Source: a virus
Lineage: Duplodnaviria > Heunggongvirae > Uroviricota > Caudoviricetes
Virus record (IMG/VR): IMGVR_UViG_2531839667_000010
Location: 1 to 48,410 of that record
Length of the DNA: 48,410 nucleotides
Strand: one strand, 5' to 3'
Positions 19,270 to 30,698 of the stretch are shown here, piece by piece; within the stretch, counting starts at the first letter, position 1; every line of letters begins with the position of its first letter. Made by a program: the position numbers and the translations under genes. Below the pieces are notes generated by a model that saw nothing but the letters and a program-made list of their open reading frames with translations, was not told where the DNA came from and ran no database searches.

Positions 19270-20007
19270 TCAGGAAACAGTGACTTTGCAGATCGCCACA
19301 AAGTTACCGTCATTGCTCATTACGATGATCTCGACGGTGCCTGCCGCCACGCCGGTAACAGTCAGGGTATTGCCGCTGACGGTGACCGTTGCTTTTGACG
19401 GATCAGAACTGGCTACGTGGAAAGACTTATCTGAAGCACTTGCTGGCAGGACAGAAACAACCAGTTGCGTCGTGGCCGCGACAGCCACAGCCGCCGTGGA
19501 TTTATCCAGGCTGATCCCCGTAACGGCAATCGGCGCGGTACCACTGTCTTCGGCCAGCGATGGTTTGCCATTGTTGGTGATTTTTGCCGTGCGGGTCATG
19601 ACCTCTTTAGACGAGATGGTCTTGCCGAGACTGCTCACCCAGCCCTTAAAGACATCGACAACACCATTCGGATATTTGATTTTATACCCCTTCACGGTGC
19701 CTTCATCGAACCAGTTCACCAGGTCCTGCTGACCGGAATCCTCCGGCATCCATGCGAGCGTCAGGTTTGTTTCACCGGCTGATTTCTGCCCCTGCATCGT
19801 TGATGTCCAGTCGGCATTCTCATCATCGATGTAGGTGTCATCTTCCGATTCAGCTGTCAGTTCTCCGGGCTGCAGGTCTTTAATCTTTGCCAGGCGCAGC
19901 CAGTCAACGTCTGAAAGCGGATTGGCGTATGGATCACCAGTTCCGGTGTAAACCCAGAGGGTGGTACCAGCACCTTTTGTTGGTGCCAGCGGGTTTGGTG
20001 TGGCCAT
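19270..20007 (-). CDS. V: Major tail protein V with C-terminal Ig-like domain
   Basis: 245 aa; C-terminal ...[31 protein letters not shown]... Big_2-type pattern. Confidence 0.85.
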   Translation of the reverse strand: MATPNPLAPTKGAGTTLWVYTGTGDPYANPLSDVDWLRLAKIKDLQPGELTAESEDDTYIDDENADWTSTMQGQKSAGETNLTLAWMPEDSGQQDLVNWFDEGTVKGYKIKYPNGVVDVFKGWVSSLGKTISSKEVMTRTAKITNNGKPSLAEDSGTAPIAVTGISLDKSTAAVAVAATTQLVVSVLPASASDKSFHVASSDPSKATVTVSGNTLTVTGVAAGTVEIIVMSNDGNFVAICKVTVS

Positions 20008-20014
20008 AGGGTCC

Positions 20015-20413
20015 TCACATGTCGTAAGTAATGGAATATTTCAGGTCGGCAGAACTCCACAGCGCCATATCGTCATCGCGCTGGTAGTCATAGCCCTGCT
20101 GAACCATTGTGGTGATAAGAGATTCAAGCCCCGGAACCTCTGCGAGAACCGGATACACTCTCGTCTCCATCCAGTCATCCAGATCAGAATCAGGTACCTG
20201 AGCCTCAAGAAAGACTTCGATATGCAGAATGGCCTGCCAGCTATCGGCGTCCAGTTCTTCCCCTGTGTATTCCGCATCTGTCAGGTAGACGGCAACAGCG
20301 GGAAAATCACCCTCTTCGAGCACTGCAGGTCTGCCGTCAAAATAAATGACATCAGTACCAATCGCGCTTTCCAGCGCGTCAATAATCACCTTGCGAATAT
20401 CGCTGTGTTTCAT
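20015..20413 (-). CDS. U: Tail terminator protein U
   Basis: 132 aa; lambda gene order. Confidence 0.75.
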   Translation of the reverse strand: MKHSDIRKVIIDALESAIGTDVIYFDGRPAVLEEGDFPAVAVYLTDAEYTGEELDADSWQAILHIEVFLEAQVPDSDLDDWMETRVYPVLAEVPGLESLITTMVQQGYDYQRDDDMALWSSADLKYSITYDM

Positions 20414-20964
20414 CGTGTCAGAATTAACCTGAGTTGGTTGGTAAGGGATGCCCGGAGCTCTTTGGGCATATCTGACTCCATGAGCTTCGGCAGTTCTTCT
20501 TTAAATGCCGTAGTTAATGGAGCTGCCAGCGGGATGCTGACCACTTCAATGGGGTAACGAGGTTTTGAAGTCCGCCTCATGACATGCCAGCGACCATTTT
20601 TAAGTTGCTGGATAAAGCCGCCCGGAAAACGAAATGGCCCTATGCGCAGAACGCTGTTGGCCCCTTTCTTGTCCCGTTTTCTGCGGGAAAGTCGCACGCT
20701 TGCGGTACCGAGTTTAATGGCCGGTAAATTTCCCCGGTTTACCCGGATAAGTGCACGAGGTCTATTGACCGTCGCACGCTTCACCCTGGCGCGTTGCTTT
20801 ACCAGTTTTCGCGGTACGCGCGTATCTTTTGATACGACTGCCACGCTGCGGCTGACGGCCCGGTTTGCCACGCGGTTAACGGCCTGCGCCGATGCCCGCG
20901 GAACAGCCGTTTTGCTGATGCTGTTAAGGTTTTCTATGGCCTGTTCAAGGCCTTTTATGGACAT
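20410..20964 (-). CDS. Z: Tail completion protein Z
   Basis: 184 aa; overlaps the U start by 4 nt. Confidence 0.75.
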   Translation of the reverse strand: MSIKGLEQAIENLNSISKTAVPRASAQAVNRVANRAVSRSVAVVSKDTRVPRKLVKQRARVKRATVNRPRALIRVNRGNLPAIKLGTASVRLSRRKRDKKGANSVLRIGPFRFPGGFIQQLKNGRWHVMRRTSKPRYPIEVVSIPLAAPLTTAFKEELPKLMESDMPKELRASLTNQLRLILTR

Positions 20965-20973
20965 ATGCGCTCC

Positions 20974-21327
20974 TTAACGGCGACGCGAAGATGCAGGTGG
21001 AGAGCCGTTACCCAGACAGATATGACAGGAGCCACAGTCATCCGGACCAATACGTTCAACCCAGAATTGCCGACCGTTAATCGTCAGCGTGTCCATACGC
21101 TGCAGCTGCCTGACAGTGGCGGTTTCCACAAACAGGGTCGGGCTGGTTCCTTCAACACGAATCCCGGCACCGGCATATCCGATATTTTCTGGATCATCGA
21201 ATACACCGACCAGGGTGGCACCTGACAAAGCGCCTGACATCACCTTTGCCTCTGTGCCCATCACACCACGGATAGCGCTATCAGCTCGCGACATGGCCTC
21301 GTCAAAGAGATTATCGAAATCAGCCAT
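20974..21327 (-). CDS. FII: Head-tail joining protein FII
   Basis: 117 aa; lambda gene order. Confidence 0.75.
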   Translation of the reverse strand: MADFDNLFDEAMSRADSAIRGVMGTEAKVMSGALSGATLVGVFDDPENIGYAGAGIRVEGTSPTLFVETATVRQLQRMDTLTINGRQFWVERIGPDDCGSCHICLGNGSPPASSRRR

Positions 21328-21337
21328 GTGGCCCCCT

Positions 21338-21754
21338 TCAGACTTCGAAAGCCAGCCCCTTTGCGATCAAGTCGTCGGCATCCTGTTCAGATACGCGGAT
21401 AATCACACCAGGCTCTACGATAGATACCGGCTCGTTACGCGTGGCATGCAGAGCGTCAATATGCAGGGTGGCCAGCGTTTCTACTGATACCAGGTCACCC
21501 GTTGTGGCCGATTCCGTTTTTACTTTTGCCACGTTAGCAACATTGTTGTCGGTGCTGTCGGTGCTGTCGGTGCTGTCGGAAGCATTCTGCACGCCGTTTT
21601 CACCGTCAACTGACCCGGCATTGCCATCCAGTTCCTCTTCAAGCTCAGCAATACGCATCGTCAGTTCCTGAATGGTGCCGCTGGTACTGACCTCGCGGTT
21701 AAGCTGGGTCCCAAGTTCATTCAGGCGGGCGACCAGCTTTTCTTTTTCTGTCAT
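21338..21754 (-). CDS. FI: DNA packaging protein FI
   Basis: Starts MTEKEKLVARLNELGTQLNREV, close to my recollection of lambda FI; the listed ORF extends 12 codons further upstream. Confidence 0.7.
   Translation of the reverse strand: MTEKEKLVARLNELGTQLNREVSTSGTIQELTMRIAELEEELDGNAGSVDGENGVQNASDSTDSTDSTDNNVANVAKVKTESATTGDLVSVETLATLHIDALHATRNEPVSIVEPGVIIRVSEQDADDLIAKGLAFEV
21548..21579. repeat. In-frame 9-bp tandem repeat (3.5 copies) inside FI
   Basis: (gtcggtgct)x3 + gtcgg, encoding (STD)3 in FI. Confidence 0.6.
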
Positions 21755-21799
21755 GGGAAATACTCCAGAAAGGTGGCCCGACAGGGCCACTGGGGGAAG

Positions 21800-22825
21800 T
21801 TATGCCAGTTTGACGGAGACGAATGCGTCAGGGTCTGGCAGCAGCATCAGCGGAGCTGACTGAATCATGGTGAATTCGCGCGCCGGATCCCCCGACTGCA
21901 CCCAGTTTTTCGGGTAGCGTGTCGAGGCATTGATACCTTCGCGCTGGGCATCAGCATCAAGAATGCAGCCATAGGTACGCAGGCCACGAGCCTGGGTATT
22001 CCCCAGCACCATTGTCAGGTCCGGCAGATAATTCTTTTTGACGTCGTTTTCGACGTACTGGCCGGAGTACACCACGATGGCCACATCGCCAAACATCCCC
22101 TTGTATGAAACAGCCATACCCAGGTCTTTCACGGCAGTTTCCAGCTCAGAGTTAGAACCACGACGCGTATCCAGCTTCTTCTCAACAGCCTTGAAGGAAC
22201 GGAACAGCGCCCAGCCTTTCGGATCGAACACAATGATGTTGACCACACCGCTGGCGTTGAGCGCGTAGGCTTCAATGTCATCGGTCGGGTCATACGTTTC
22301 TTTGTCGCGGGTTGACCATGCAGCCGCACCGGCCTGGACAATGTTGTTACCAGCGCTGCGGCCCATATCGACTTCAACAGGCTCGAACGCTTCCCCGGTC
22401 ATGGTGTATTTACCGCTGAGCACCGCCGAAACAGCCTGTTTCTCTTCGACCTGAGCAATCGCCAGCTCTTCATCCTTCATGTTCTGAAGGATAATGCGGC
22501 GACGGCGATAGACCGGGTCAGCGAGATTCTGCGGATCCTCATCCGGCAGGCGGCGGAGAGTCATCAGTGGGTTAACTTCGTGTTTCGGCTTCACATAACC
22601 CGGCGTGAATTCAGACGTGCTGCCGCCACGGGAGCGGATCACTTTGCCGGAGACAATCGGCGAGACGTAAAGCGCCATATTGACCAGGCCAGGAATTTGC
22701 GACAGGTAAACCTTCTCTGTACTGAAGGGATAGGTTTCGCGGAAAAAGATACGCAGGAAAAGCGGATCGAATTTGAATTTCTTCTCATTGACCGCCAGCA
22801 GTTGGGCAGTGGTGTAAACGGACAT
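21800..22825 (-). CDS. E: Major capsid protein E
   Basis: 341 aa, same length as lambda E as I recall; lambda gene order. Confidence 0.9.
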   Translation of the reverse strand: MSVYTTAQLLAVNEKKFKFDPLFLRIFFRETYPFSTEKVYLSQIPGLVNMALYVSPIVSGKVIRSRGGSTSEFTPGYVKPKHEVNPLMTLRRLPDEDPQNLADPVYRRRRIILQNMKDEELAIAQVEEKQAVSAVLSGKYTMTGEAFEPVEVDMGRSAGNNIVQAGAAAWSTRDKETYDPTDDIEAYALNASGVVNIIVFDPKGWALFRSFKAVEKKLDTRRGSNSELETAVKDLGMAVSYKGMFGDVAIVVYSGQYVENDVKKNYLPDLTMVLGNTQARGLRTYGCILDADAQREGINASTRYPKNWVQSGDPAREFTMIQSAPLMLLPDPDAFVSVKLA

Positions 22826-22892
22826 AGATTTTTCCCGTAAAAAAAGCCGCGCAAGCGGCTTTTATGAATGATGATGGTTGTAGAAATGCGGA

Positions 22893-23225
22893 TTAAACGA
22901 TGCTGATTGCAGTACCGGCGAACGCGTTACGTTTAATGTTGTCGTCGGTGACGGCAGATGGCCAGAGGACATCTTCAATACGGAAAGAGCCAGATTTGTA
23001 ATATGCCAGTTCCGCGCTGTTCTGGTCTGCGGTTACAGCCAGGATGCCCATTGCCGCGCCAGCATGAGCACCATCCCAGACGGTCAGCTTGCCAGAAGTG
23101 GCATCCAGCATGAGCGGCGTCATGGCTGGAGTGGAAGCCGTCAGTTCGCCAGGACCATACGCAGTGTGCGCCGGGTCGCTGTTACCGAGCGGCTGGTTAT
23201 GTGTGAAAACTTCAGTAATTGCCAT
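22893..23225 (-). CDS. D: Head decoration protein D
   Basis: 110 aa; directly upstream of E. Confidence 0.85.
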   Translation of the reverse strand: MAITEVFTHNQPLGNSDPAHTAYGPGELTASTPAMTPLMLDATSGKLTVWDGAHAGAAMGILAVTADQNSAELAYYKSGSFRIEDVLWPSAVTDDNIKRNAFAGTAISIV

Positions 23226-23234
23226 GATAGCCTC

Positions 23235-24578
23235 TTAAACGGGGGTGTTTAACAAATCGTCAGCGGCATCAGAAGATGCGCTACCTGCTGGGAGTGCACC
23301 GGGTGCTATTTCCATCAAACGATCCAGCGCCGTATCGGTACGCGCCTGGGCACTTTGCGGTGCAGCAGCCAGAATGCGCTGTGCGCTCTCTACCGTCATA
23401 CCCGGCGTTTCGGCCAGTGCTCGCGCCTGTGACTCACGCCCTTTAGCCTCATCGCAGTTCAGGATGCCCATGATGCGGCTATTCTCTGCAGCTACTGCTG
23501 CAGTAACCTGCGCACTGACATCTACAGGGGCCGCTACGGAAGCAATGGTCGTGTCAACGGTAGTGACCTGTTCAGCTGAGGCAGTTGTCTGAGTTGCTGC
23601 CTGGTCAACTGGCTTAGTGGTCACAGCTGAAGCAGAAGGTGATGGCATAGTTCCTCCAAGGGTTGTTTTTTTGCGTCTGTCGAGTGCTTCGCGCATCACG
23701 CCGAGCGCATCGGTATTGTTAACAAGTTCATCCGCCAGTCCGTTATCCAAAGACTCCTGGCCGGAGAATACTGCCGCTTCGGTGTCCAGCACGTCCTGAA
23801 CAGACATGCCGGTATAAGCGGAAACCTTTTCGGCAAACATCTGACGAGTGGCATCGATACGCGTCTGGAAATCAGCACGCACATCTTTCGGAAGCTTTTC
23901 GTAAGGGTTGCCGTCGACCTTGCGATCGCCGCTGTAAATCAGCGTGACCTCAACGCCGTTAGTTTTGAGCGCAGCGCCATAGTTGCTGTGCGCCATCATG
24001 ACCCCAATGGAGCCGGTTCTGGCCGTTTGTGTGACCAGCCGTCGCGATGCCGAACTGGCTATAAGCTGCCCTGCACTGCAGTTCATGTCATTGGCCAGCG
24101 CCCAGATGGGTTTGATATCGCGCATACGGGCTATAATGTCGGCGCAGTCAAACGCCCCGGACACCATTCCACCCGGCGTATCCATATCCAGAAGAATGCC
24201 GTCAACGCCGGGGTCACTGATTGCCTGCTGCAGGCGAGCAATGATCCCGTTGTAACCCGTCATGCCGGAATAAGGCTGAAGCGCACGGGTTTTACTGACC
24301 AGCGTGCCGGAAACCGGCAAGACCGCGATACCATTTGCCACCTGATAGCTGCGTGATGGACGGGGATCCATGTCATCATCCTCACCAAACAGCGCCAGCG
24401 GTTCGGCTATTTGTCCGGCATCAAGCGTGATGCCAGAGACGGTATCTGTCAGCCGGGTGATGCCCAACTGGCCAGCCAGCGCGCAAAAGAAAACCCGCGC
24501 ATAGGCGGGTTCAAGCATCAGCGGCTCATTAAAGGCCATACTGGCAATATGCGGAAGATTACGCAGCTCGTGCGCCAT
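23235..24578 (-). CDS. C: Head maturation protease C (S49/ClpP-like)
   Basis: 447 aa; a scaffold (Nu3) is expected nested in the 3' portion as in lambda. Confidence 0.85.
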   Translation of the reverse strand: MAHELRNLPHIASMAFNEPLMLEPAYARVFFCALAGQLGITRLTDTVSGITLDAGQIAEPLALFGEDDDMDPRPSRSYQVANGIAVLPVSGTLVSKTRALQPYSGMTGYNGIIARLQQAISDPGVDGILLDMDTPGGMVSGAFDCADIIARMRDIKPIWALANDMNCSAGQLIASSASRRLVTQTARTGSIGVMMAHSNYGAALKTNGVEVTLIYSGDRKVDGNPYEKLPKDVRADFQTRIDATRQMFAEKVSAYTGMSVQDVLDTEAAVFSGQESLDNGLADELVNNTDALGVMREALDRRKKTTLGGTMPSPSASAVTTKPVDQAATQTTASAEQVTTVDTTIASVAAPVDVSAQVTAAVAAENSRIMGILNCDEAKGRESQARALAETPGMTVESAQRILAAAPQSAQARTDTALDRLMEIAPGALPAGSASSDAADDLLNTPV

Positions 24579-26151
24579 CTTGCTCCTCCTCGTTTGATTT
24601 TTTCACTCCGGCCTCAAAAGCTGCAGCGGCCCATGCCGGTGGTTTCAGACCCGCAGCACGACGCTCCATGGTTTCCCGGACCTGCTGGGCAAAAATCTCC
24701 TGATAATCATCACCGCGTTTGGCGCACTCTTTTTCATACGTGCTGAGACCTGCCTCAATGAGCATGACGGCCTCCTGTACCTCTTTCAGCCCGTCAATTG
24801 CCATTCGACCAGAGCCAATCCAGTTGGCATTCCCCCAGGCTGTTCTCGCCTCCTGGAAACTGAACCGGGCTTTCGAAGGAAGCGTGACCACGCGGCGGAC
24901 AATCGCCTCTTCAAGCCAGCAAAGAAACATCTGACAGGCCTGTCGGGATGCCACAAACTTGCGACGCCCCATAAAGTACGCCCAGGACTCGTTAGCACTT
25001 GCGCGTGCGGTCGAGTAGCTCATCTGCGAATAGTTTCGCGAAAGCTGCTCATACGACACACCAAGCCCAGCGGCAATATAACGCAGCAGGGACTGTTCAA
25101 AAGTCGAGTAGCCGTTATCGGTATCCTGCGCCGACTGAAGGTTGAGAGAATCACCCGGCAACAGGTGTGGAACCCTTGCCCCACCCAGGCGAACAGGCGC
25201 AGCTGAGTAATAGGACGCCATTTCACCGAGCCAGCCCGTAAGTTTGCTCTGCTGCTCTTTATTATCCGCGCCGAGAATAAAGTCCATCGCCGATTGGGTA
25301 TCCAGTTCACTCTCGATGGTAGCGGCATACATAGCCTTCACTATCGCGCTCTGGAGCTGGGTATTTTGCAGGGTATCGAGCATTTTCATCTGCTCCATCA
25401 CGCTGTAAAACGCATTGGCCCCACGGGTCTGTCCATCCTCCATCGGTTCGAATACATGGATAAATGAAGGTCGACCGCCGGGTAGTTCGCGAGGAATGTA
25501 GGTCCAGTTCTGCGCCATCCAGCCGGGATAACCATCGTCGCTGACGTAATATCCCAGCGCAGCACCGCTATCATTTATTTTCACACCGGCGCGACAGTTC
25601 CGGGTATCACCGATATTATTCGGATTGCTGACGCGCTTCGGACTGACCATTTTGAACTGAGTACGGAAAAGACGCGTTGAATCGCTGTCCCAGGTCGCCT
25701 GCGTGCATAATTCACCGTTAAACGCGTGCATGGCCACACCTTCTCGGATCATCATCGTAAACGTTCGCTTACGCTCGGCATCAATCCCGCAAAAGTCGTC
25801 CTCGGCATACTCATTCCATGCAGCTTCCACATCCCGCGAGAATGCCCGTGAATCCTCCTCATTTATTCCCAGATAACGCCAGCTTGGTCGATAACTGAGT
25901 CTGAAAAATGACCCGACGATGTGGTCCTGGTGGAGCTGCACGGCGTTTGCCGCGTAGCCATTATTTCGCACCAGATCGTCAGCGCGGGCATTTCCGCGAG
26001 AATAGTTGGGTAGGAGTGCGGCATCTGCACTTTCACTCGGCGGATTCCAGCCTCGCAGCTGCCCACCAAACCCGCCTCCACCGCCATGATATCCTGCGTA
26101 TTCCCGAAGGGATGTTTTCCCGTCAGGTCCCACCAAAGATGGTATTTTCAT
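24559..26151 (-). CDS. B: Portal protein B
   Basis: 530 aa; near-identical over long stretches to my recollection of lambda gpB ([12 protein letters not shown]...FGGQLR..., ...[38 protein letters not shown]...). Confidence 0.95.
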   Translation of the reverse strand: MKIPSLVGPDGKTSLREYAGYHGGGGGFGGQLRGWNPPSESADAALLPNYSRGNARADDLVRNNGYAANAVQLHQDHIVGSFFRLSYRPSWRYLGINEEDSRAFSRDVEAAWNEYAEDDFCGIDAERKRTFTMMIREGVAMHAFNGELCTQATWDSDSTRLFRTQFKMVSPKRVSNPNNIGDTRNCRAGVKINDSGAALGYYVSDDGYPGWMAQNWTYIPRELPGGRPSFIHVFEPMEDGQTRGANAFYSVMEQMKMLDTLQNTQLQSAIVKAMYAATIESELDTQSAMDFILGADNKEQQSKLTGWLGEMASYYSAAPVRLGGARVPHLLPGDSLNLQSAQDTDNGYSTFEQSLLRYIAAGLGVSYEQLSRNYSQMSYSTARASANESWAYFMGRRKFVASRQACQMFLCWLEEAIVRRVVTLPSKARFSFQEARTAWGNANWIGSGRMAIDGLKEVQEAVMLIEAGLSTYEKECAKRGDDYQEIFAQQVRETMERRAAGLKPPAWAAAAFEAGVKKSNEEEQDGARAA

Positions 26152-26354
26152 ACGTAAAACCCTGCTGGCCCCCGGCGTCGTGATGTGGTGCCAACCTGAG
26201 ATTCAAGGTCAGCAATATATTTTTTGAGATCGCTGACTGAAGTGGCTGTAAATTCCACTCTTCGACCGTCTTTCTGTACCGTCGCCACGCGCTTTCCCAT
26301 CATCAGGTCATGTAACGCAGCGCGCGCGGCATCCAGTTCAGTCTGTGTTGCCAT
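26148..26354 (-). CDS. W: Head-tail joining protein W
   Basis: 68 aa between the terminase large subunit and portal; overlapping stop/start codons. Confidence 0.7.
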   Translation of the reverse strand: MATQTELDAARAALHDLMMGKRVATVQKDGRRVEFTATSVSDLKKYIADLESQVGTTSRRRGPAGFYV

Positions 26355-28276
26355 TATTCATCTCCAGATAATGCCCGCGCGTAATCCGCCAGGGTCTTGT
26401 TATTGTTACGGCTGCCTTCTTCCTCCAGCAGGCTGGCCAGAAGTGAATCAAGATTTAGCTGCCAGCGGGATATGCTTATACGCAGCGCCGCCAGTGCATA
26501 AACAAAGCAATCGAGCGCCTCATTTCGTCGTTTTTTGCTGTCCCAGACGATCTTTTTCTTTCCGTCTACCCATTTTTCCACCTGCTCTTCAGCTGTTAGT
26601 TGTTGGGCCTCTGTTAGATCGTAGATTTCTGGGTTATTCGGGAAATGAACCGCTCCCGCCAGCGGCTCGTCTCTTTGCGCCACCAGCGTGAAACGGTTAT
26701 AAATCTGCTCTTTTGCGGTGTCTGTTCCTACCTCTGTGAGGTAAACACCATTCTTGTTACGCTTGCGTGGCATGTTCGCCACTGGCTTTCCATAAACCGA
26801 CGCCCCCTTTATAGGGATCACACGAAACAGACCGTGTTTTTTTGAGCGGTTGTAGACGATGGTGGGATCAATGCCGCCAATATCCCAGCAAGTGCGGGAT
26901 ATAACCATTTCGAGACCGTTCTGGCGCTTATACGTCCTGTTGATCGCTTCATCAACTCGAGCGAGAGTCGACTCATCATCATGACGACCCATAATGATAA
27001 TTTTGTCGATAAGCCAGCTTTCCTCTCCCGGCCCCCATCCCCAAACACGCATTTCGTAACGGTCAAGCTGGGAGTCAATACCCGCTGTCAGATATGCCAC
27101 TCGCTCCGGCACAGACGCTTCAAAGTGCTCTTTTCGTTCCGCTAAAACTTCAGCATCGGGTCGTTCACCTATTTTCGGTTCCCACGTTTCGCCCAGGGTC
27201 GTGTTAACGAAAGTTTTTCGCTTACCCGTATCACCTTTTGTTTTTATCCAGTCCTTGACGATCTGCACCCAGGTTGTGAACGGGCTATATGCGGTCCAGA
27301 TGTGGAATGTAACGCTGTCAGGAGGTTCAATTTCGGTACCGGATGAAGAAAACCAGTTAAGGCCGTCTCGTGTCCAGATACCTGTTTCATCACAAATATA
27401 CCTGGCCTCCAGAAATTCCAGCTCCTGTTGTTTAATCACACAGGCATTGTGTTCACAGAGGTAGTAAACGCTGGCAGGTTCTCCCGGAGACCATTTGAAG
27501 CCAAATGGTGTCTCTTTATCACCGAATTTCAGATACTGCTCTTCCCCACAGTGTGGGCATGGAACATGGAACCGAAGAAAATGTTCAGACTCCTTAGCAG
27601 CTCTTTCTATCTGGCACGTACCTTTGACTTTCGGTGTAGATCCGCGAATGGATTTCGGCCATACAGAACCCTCAATACGCTTATCACCCAGAAAGGTGGG
27701 AGAACCTTCTTTCTCGATGTCATCATCGAAAGCGGCGAGCTCGTCGTAGCCAGCCACATCAACTGATTTTTCACGGTAGTTTTTTGCAGCCTTACCGCCC
27801 AGGCACCAGAAACCACGACCATTCGAGAAACGCTTCATGCTCAGCGTATTGTCCCGGTGTTTTTTACCGTACCAGGGAGCAAGCGCCAGCAACGTCGGAA
27901 TATCACGAATGGTCGGTTCTACATGAGACTTCATGAAGTTTTCAGCATCACCGTCGGTTGGTAACCATATTAGGGAGTTACGCTGTTTATGTTGGATGAA
28001 ATATGCGTAAACGCCGAGCAACATTTTTGAGTAGCCGACACGAGCCGATTTAACGACATTCACCTCGCGAATATAGTCATTACCCATCGCATTCATAATT
28101 GCACACTGAAATGGCAGTGTTTCCCAGCGCCCTTCCTGGTAGGCAGACTCTTTCGGGAGATAATAATTCTCATCTGCCCATTCAACTGCTGTTTGCGGTT
28201 GCGGCCGGTACAGCGAACGTAACCCCGCCCGCGCAGAGTGCTGCAGCCCCTTAACCTGACTGTTCGATATATTCAC
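26354..28276 (-). CDS. A: Terminase large subunit A
   Basis: 640 aa (lambda gpA is 641 as I recall); follows Nu1 with an overlap. Confidence 0.95.
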   Translation of the reverse strand: MNISNSQVKGLQHSARAGLRSLYRPQPQTAVEWADENYYLPKESAYQEGRWETLPFQCAIMNAMGNDYIREVNVVKSARVGYSKMLLGVYAYFIQHKQRNSLIWLPTDGDAENFMKSHVEPTIRDIPTLLALAPWYGKKHRDNTLSMKRFSNGRGFWCLGGKAAKNYREKSVDVAGYDELAAFDDDIEKEGSPTFLGDKRIEGSVWPKSIRGSTPKVKGTCQIERAAKESEHFLRFHVPCPHCGEEQYLKFGDKETPFGFKWSPGEPASVYYLCEHNACVIKQQELEFLEARYICDETGIWTRDGLNWFSSSGTEIEPPDSVTFHIWTAYSPFTTWVQIVKDWIKTKGDTGKRKTFVNTTLGETWEPKIGERPDAEVLAERKEHFEASVPERVAYLTAGIDSQLDRYEMRVWGWGPGEESWLIDKIIIMGRHDDESTLARVDEAINRTYKRQNGLEMVISRTCWDIGGIDPTIVYNRSKKHGLFRVIPIKGASVYGKPVANMPRKRNKNGVYLTEVGTDTAKEQIYNRFTLVAQRDEPLAGAVHFPNNPEIYDLTEAQQLTAEEQVEKWVDGKKKIVWDSKKRRNEALDCFVYALAALRISISRWQLNLDSLLASLLEEEGSRNNNKTLADYARALSGDE

Positions 28277-28796
28277 TCAGCAACCCCGGTATCATTTCAT
28301 CCAGCGCAGCTGCCTTGTTCATGGCCTTAATGATGTCCTTCTTGAGGAAATCAATATGTCGGTTCTCCAGCTCCGGGAAGCGCCGCTGAACCGACAGAGG
28401 TATTCCATCGAGAATGCTGGCGATTTCTCCGGCTACCCGCGACAGCACGAACGTGCAGAATGCGGTCTCCACCACTTCAGCGGACTCTTTTGCATTTTTT
28501 AATTCCTGAGCGTCAGCCTGAGCTCGCGTAAGTCGGTGTCGCTCATATTCAATCGTGCCAGGTTGAAGATCGGACTCAGAAGCGATACGGAGATCTTCAA
28601 CTTCCTTCCGCAACTTTTCATTTTCTATAGCTGCATCGCGCGCACTGTACCATTCGATTGCAGCAGCAGATTCAAAGAGAACCTCATTACCTTTGCCACC
28701 ACCGCGGACAACCGGCATACCTTGCTCCTGCCAGTTCTGAATCGTTCGGACGCTTACCCCGAAAATTTCGGATAAGCGTTTTTTGTTAACCTCCAT
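28251..28796 (-). CDS. Nu1: Terminase small subunit Nu1
   Basis: 181 aa; begins MEVNKK and has a wHTH N-terminus, as I recall for lambda Nu1. Confidence 0.9.
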   Translation of the reverse strand: MEVNKKRLSEIFGVSVRTIQNWQEQGMPVVRGGGKGNEVLFESAAAIEWYSARDAAIENEKLRKEVEDLRIASESDLQPGTIEYERHRLTRAQADAQELKNAKESAEVVETAFCTFVLSRVAGEIASILDGIPLSVQRRFPELENRHIDFLKKDIIKAMNKAAALDEMIPGLLSEYIEQSG

Positions 28797-28959
28797 GGCT
28801 TACTCCTGGCAAAAAACAGAGAAAGGAAACAATCAACGGTAAACTTCCGTTTTCCTTGCTCAGCATTTCCTTTCTGGAGAGAGGACGTTTTTAACAAAAA
28901 CAATGAGTAAACAAGAAGAAGAACGGAAATGGCATAAACCAGAAAATTTTCATAAATAG

Positions 28960-28992
28960 CGAGAATCTGCGCGGACGCCGCCCCGTAACAGG
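28960..28992 (-). other. cos site (cosN region) of the lambda-like packaging system
   Basis: Minus strand reads ...TTACGGGGCGGCGTCCGCGCAGATTCTCGCTATTTATGAAAATTTTC..., closely matching my recollection of the lambda cohesive end GGGCGGCGACCT and following sequence; about 170 bp upstream of Nu1. Confidence 0.6.
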
Positions 28993-29044
28993 CCGGATCG
29001 CCGGAAAGGACCCGCAAACGATATTAATTATCATTTGCATATCA

Positions 29045-29773
29045 TCATCGACGGCACTGCCACCAGATAACACCACCGGGTAAACATTCCATCATGATGG
29101 CCGTGCGGACATAGGAAGCCAGTTCATCCATCGCTTTCTTGTCTGCTGCCACTTGCTTTGCGACATCCAGCGCTGCACATTCAGCAGCGTTTTTCAGCAC
29201 GTTTTCAAGCAACGCTTCAATGTTGGTATCAACACCAGGTTTAACTTCGAACTTATCGGCACTGACGGTTACCTTGTTCTGCGCTGGCTCATCACGCTGG
29301 ATACCAAGGCTGATGTTGTAGATATTGGTCACCGACTGAGGTGTTTCGAGTGCCGCTGCGTGAATAGCACCATTTGCAATAGTGGCGTCCTTGATGAATG
29401 GCACTCCATTGCGAATAGGCTCGAAGGAGACGGTGTCACGAATACGCTGGTCCAGCTCGTCGATTGCCTTCTGTGCAACTGAGGTATTAATCTCAACGCC
29501 AAGCGTCATCGAAGCGCAATATTGCTGCTTACCAAAACGCGTATTGACCAGGTGTTCAATGGCAAATTTCTGCCCTTCTGATGTCAGAAAGGTAAAGTGA
29601 TTTTCTTTCTGGTATTCAGTTGCTGTGTGTCTGGTTTCAGCAAAACCCAGCTCGCGCAATTCGGCTGTACCAGATTTAGAAGGCAGGTCACCAGACAGCA
29701 ACGCGCCGCGGAAAAACAGCGCATAGAGCACGTCAGTAGCAGCGCCAGATAGCGTAATAATTTTCTCAGCCAT
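29045..29773 (-). CDS. Hypothetical protein (cos-proximal accessory gene)
   Basis: 242-aa ORF with no family I recognise; start 4 nt after the stop of the upstream 61-aa ORF. Confidence 0.55.
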   Translation of the reverse strand: MAEKIITLSGAATDVLYALFFRGALLSGDLPSKSGTAELRELGFAETRHTATEYQKENHFTFLTSEGQKFAIEHLVNTRFGKQQYCASMTLGVEINTSVAQKAIDELDQRIRDTVSFEPIRNGVPFIKDATIANGAIHAAALETPQSVTNIYNISLGIQRDEPAQNKVTVSADKFEVKPGVDTNIEALLENVLKNAAECAALDVAKQVAADKKAMDELASYVRTAIMMECLPGGVIWWQCRR

Positions 29774-29776
29774 TAT

Positions 29777-29962
29777 TCACTCCTTTTTAAGCCCGGCTAA
29801 CTGGTTGAAGGTAGAAGGACGACCACTGCGTAAGACATGTTTATCATTACCGAGTACACCGATAACAATGCGTGCTTTTCCCTTTTTATCGCTGATGAGC
29901 ATCGTTCCGTCATTACGAATAAACGCCCTCAACCCTGACTTTGGTTTTTTGCCGAATTGCAT
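29777..29962 (-). CDS. Hypothetical small basic protein
   Basis: 61 aa, lysine/arginine rich; tightly linked upstream of the 242-aa ORF. Confidence 0.45.
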   Translation of the reverse strand: MQFGKKPKSGLRAFIRNDGTMLISDKKGKARIVIGVLGNDKHVLRSGRPSTFNQLAGLKKE

Positions 29963-30119
29963 AGCTATTTCCTTTTAGACGTGAGCCTGTCGCACGGCAA
30001 AGCCGCCGAAAGTTTACGGTTTGCCCAGGCTCATAGCTGAAAGACTTTCTTTGATGTGCGCGTGCGATGCGCATAAAAAAGCCCCGCTTACGCGAGGCCG
30101 GACTGTCAGAGGGGGTTAC

Positions 30120-30329
30120 TTACATGCCATAGACGAAATCGTCACTATCGAGTCGGTGAGAGCCGTAGTGAGCTTCATAATCCGCACCGAGAGTAGCTGC
30201 TTTTGTTTCAGCAACGTCTTTGGTGGCGTAAACACCGGCTAAATGCCAGGGGGCATTACGAACAACACCCCACCCTTTAACCCATCCTTTATTATCAAGA
30301 TCGGGCTTTAAACCTTCCGCAACAAACAT
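30120..30329 (-). CDS. Hypothetical protein
   Basis: 69 aa from the internal ATG with a strong AAGGAG Shine-Dalgarno 7 nt upstream; the listed ORF extends to 30380. Confidence 0.5.
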   Translation of the reverse strand: MFVAEGLKPDLDNKGWVKGWGVVRNAPWHLAGVYATKDVAETKAATLGADYEAHYGSHRLDSDDFVYGM

Positions 30330-30388
30330 AGTTATCTCCTTTGGGTACCCGGAGATCATGCTATTCAATTGCGGAAACAAAACAAATA

Positions 30389-30634
30389 TTATTCAACAAG
30401 CTCTGCGGTAATCGTTAACCATGTCAAATCAGGGCGGTTATGCGTAACGTTAATAGCATCATCACTGGCGTTAACATCATACATTTTCGAGAATGGATGC
30501 GTCGCCTTACCAGATAGTGAGTCTTCAGCCAGCACACGTCTATTCTGAATTACCTGGAAATTAACTGTCGCGCCTTGAATAACTTCATCACAGTATTCCT
30601 CAAGGTGAGCAATCGTAACTTTTAACTTTTTCAT
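30389..30634 (-). CDS. Hypothetical protein
   Basis: About 81 aa from MKKLKV (GGGGG Shine-Dalgarno-like); the listed ORF extends to 30667. Confidence 0.45.
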   Translation of the reverse strand: MKKLKVTIAHLEEYCDEVIQGATVNFQVIQNRRVLAEDSLSGKATHPFSKMYDVNASDDAINVTHNRPDLTWLTITAELVE

Positions 30635-30698
30635 CATTTCCCCCATGCATTGCATTATCGCAGACACTCAGTGAATGCCTGCTGTAGTGCCTGACAGA

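Noticed and set aside
21548-21579. Short tandem repeat as a possible CRISPR-like array or contingency locus
   Set aside because: It is 3.5 copies of a 9-bp unit, in frame inside FI, with no spacers; it is a coding STD repeat only.
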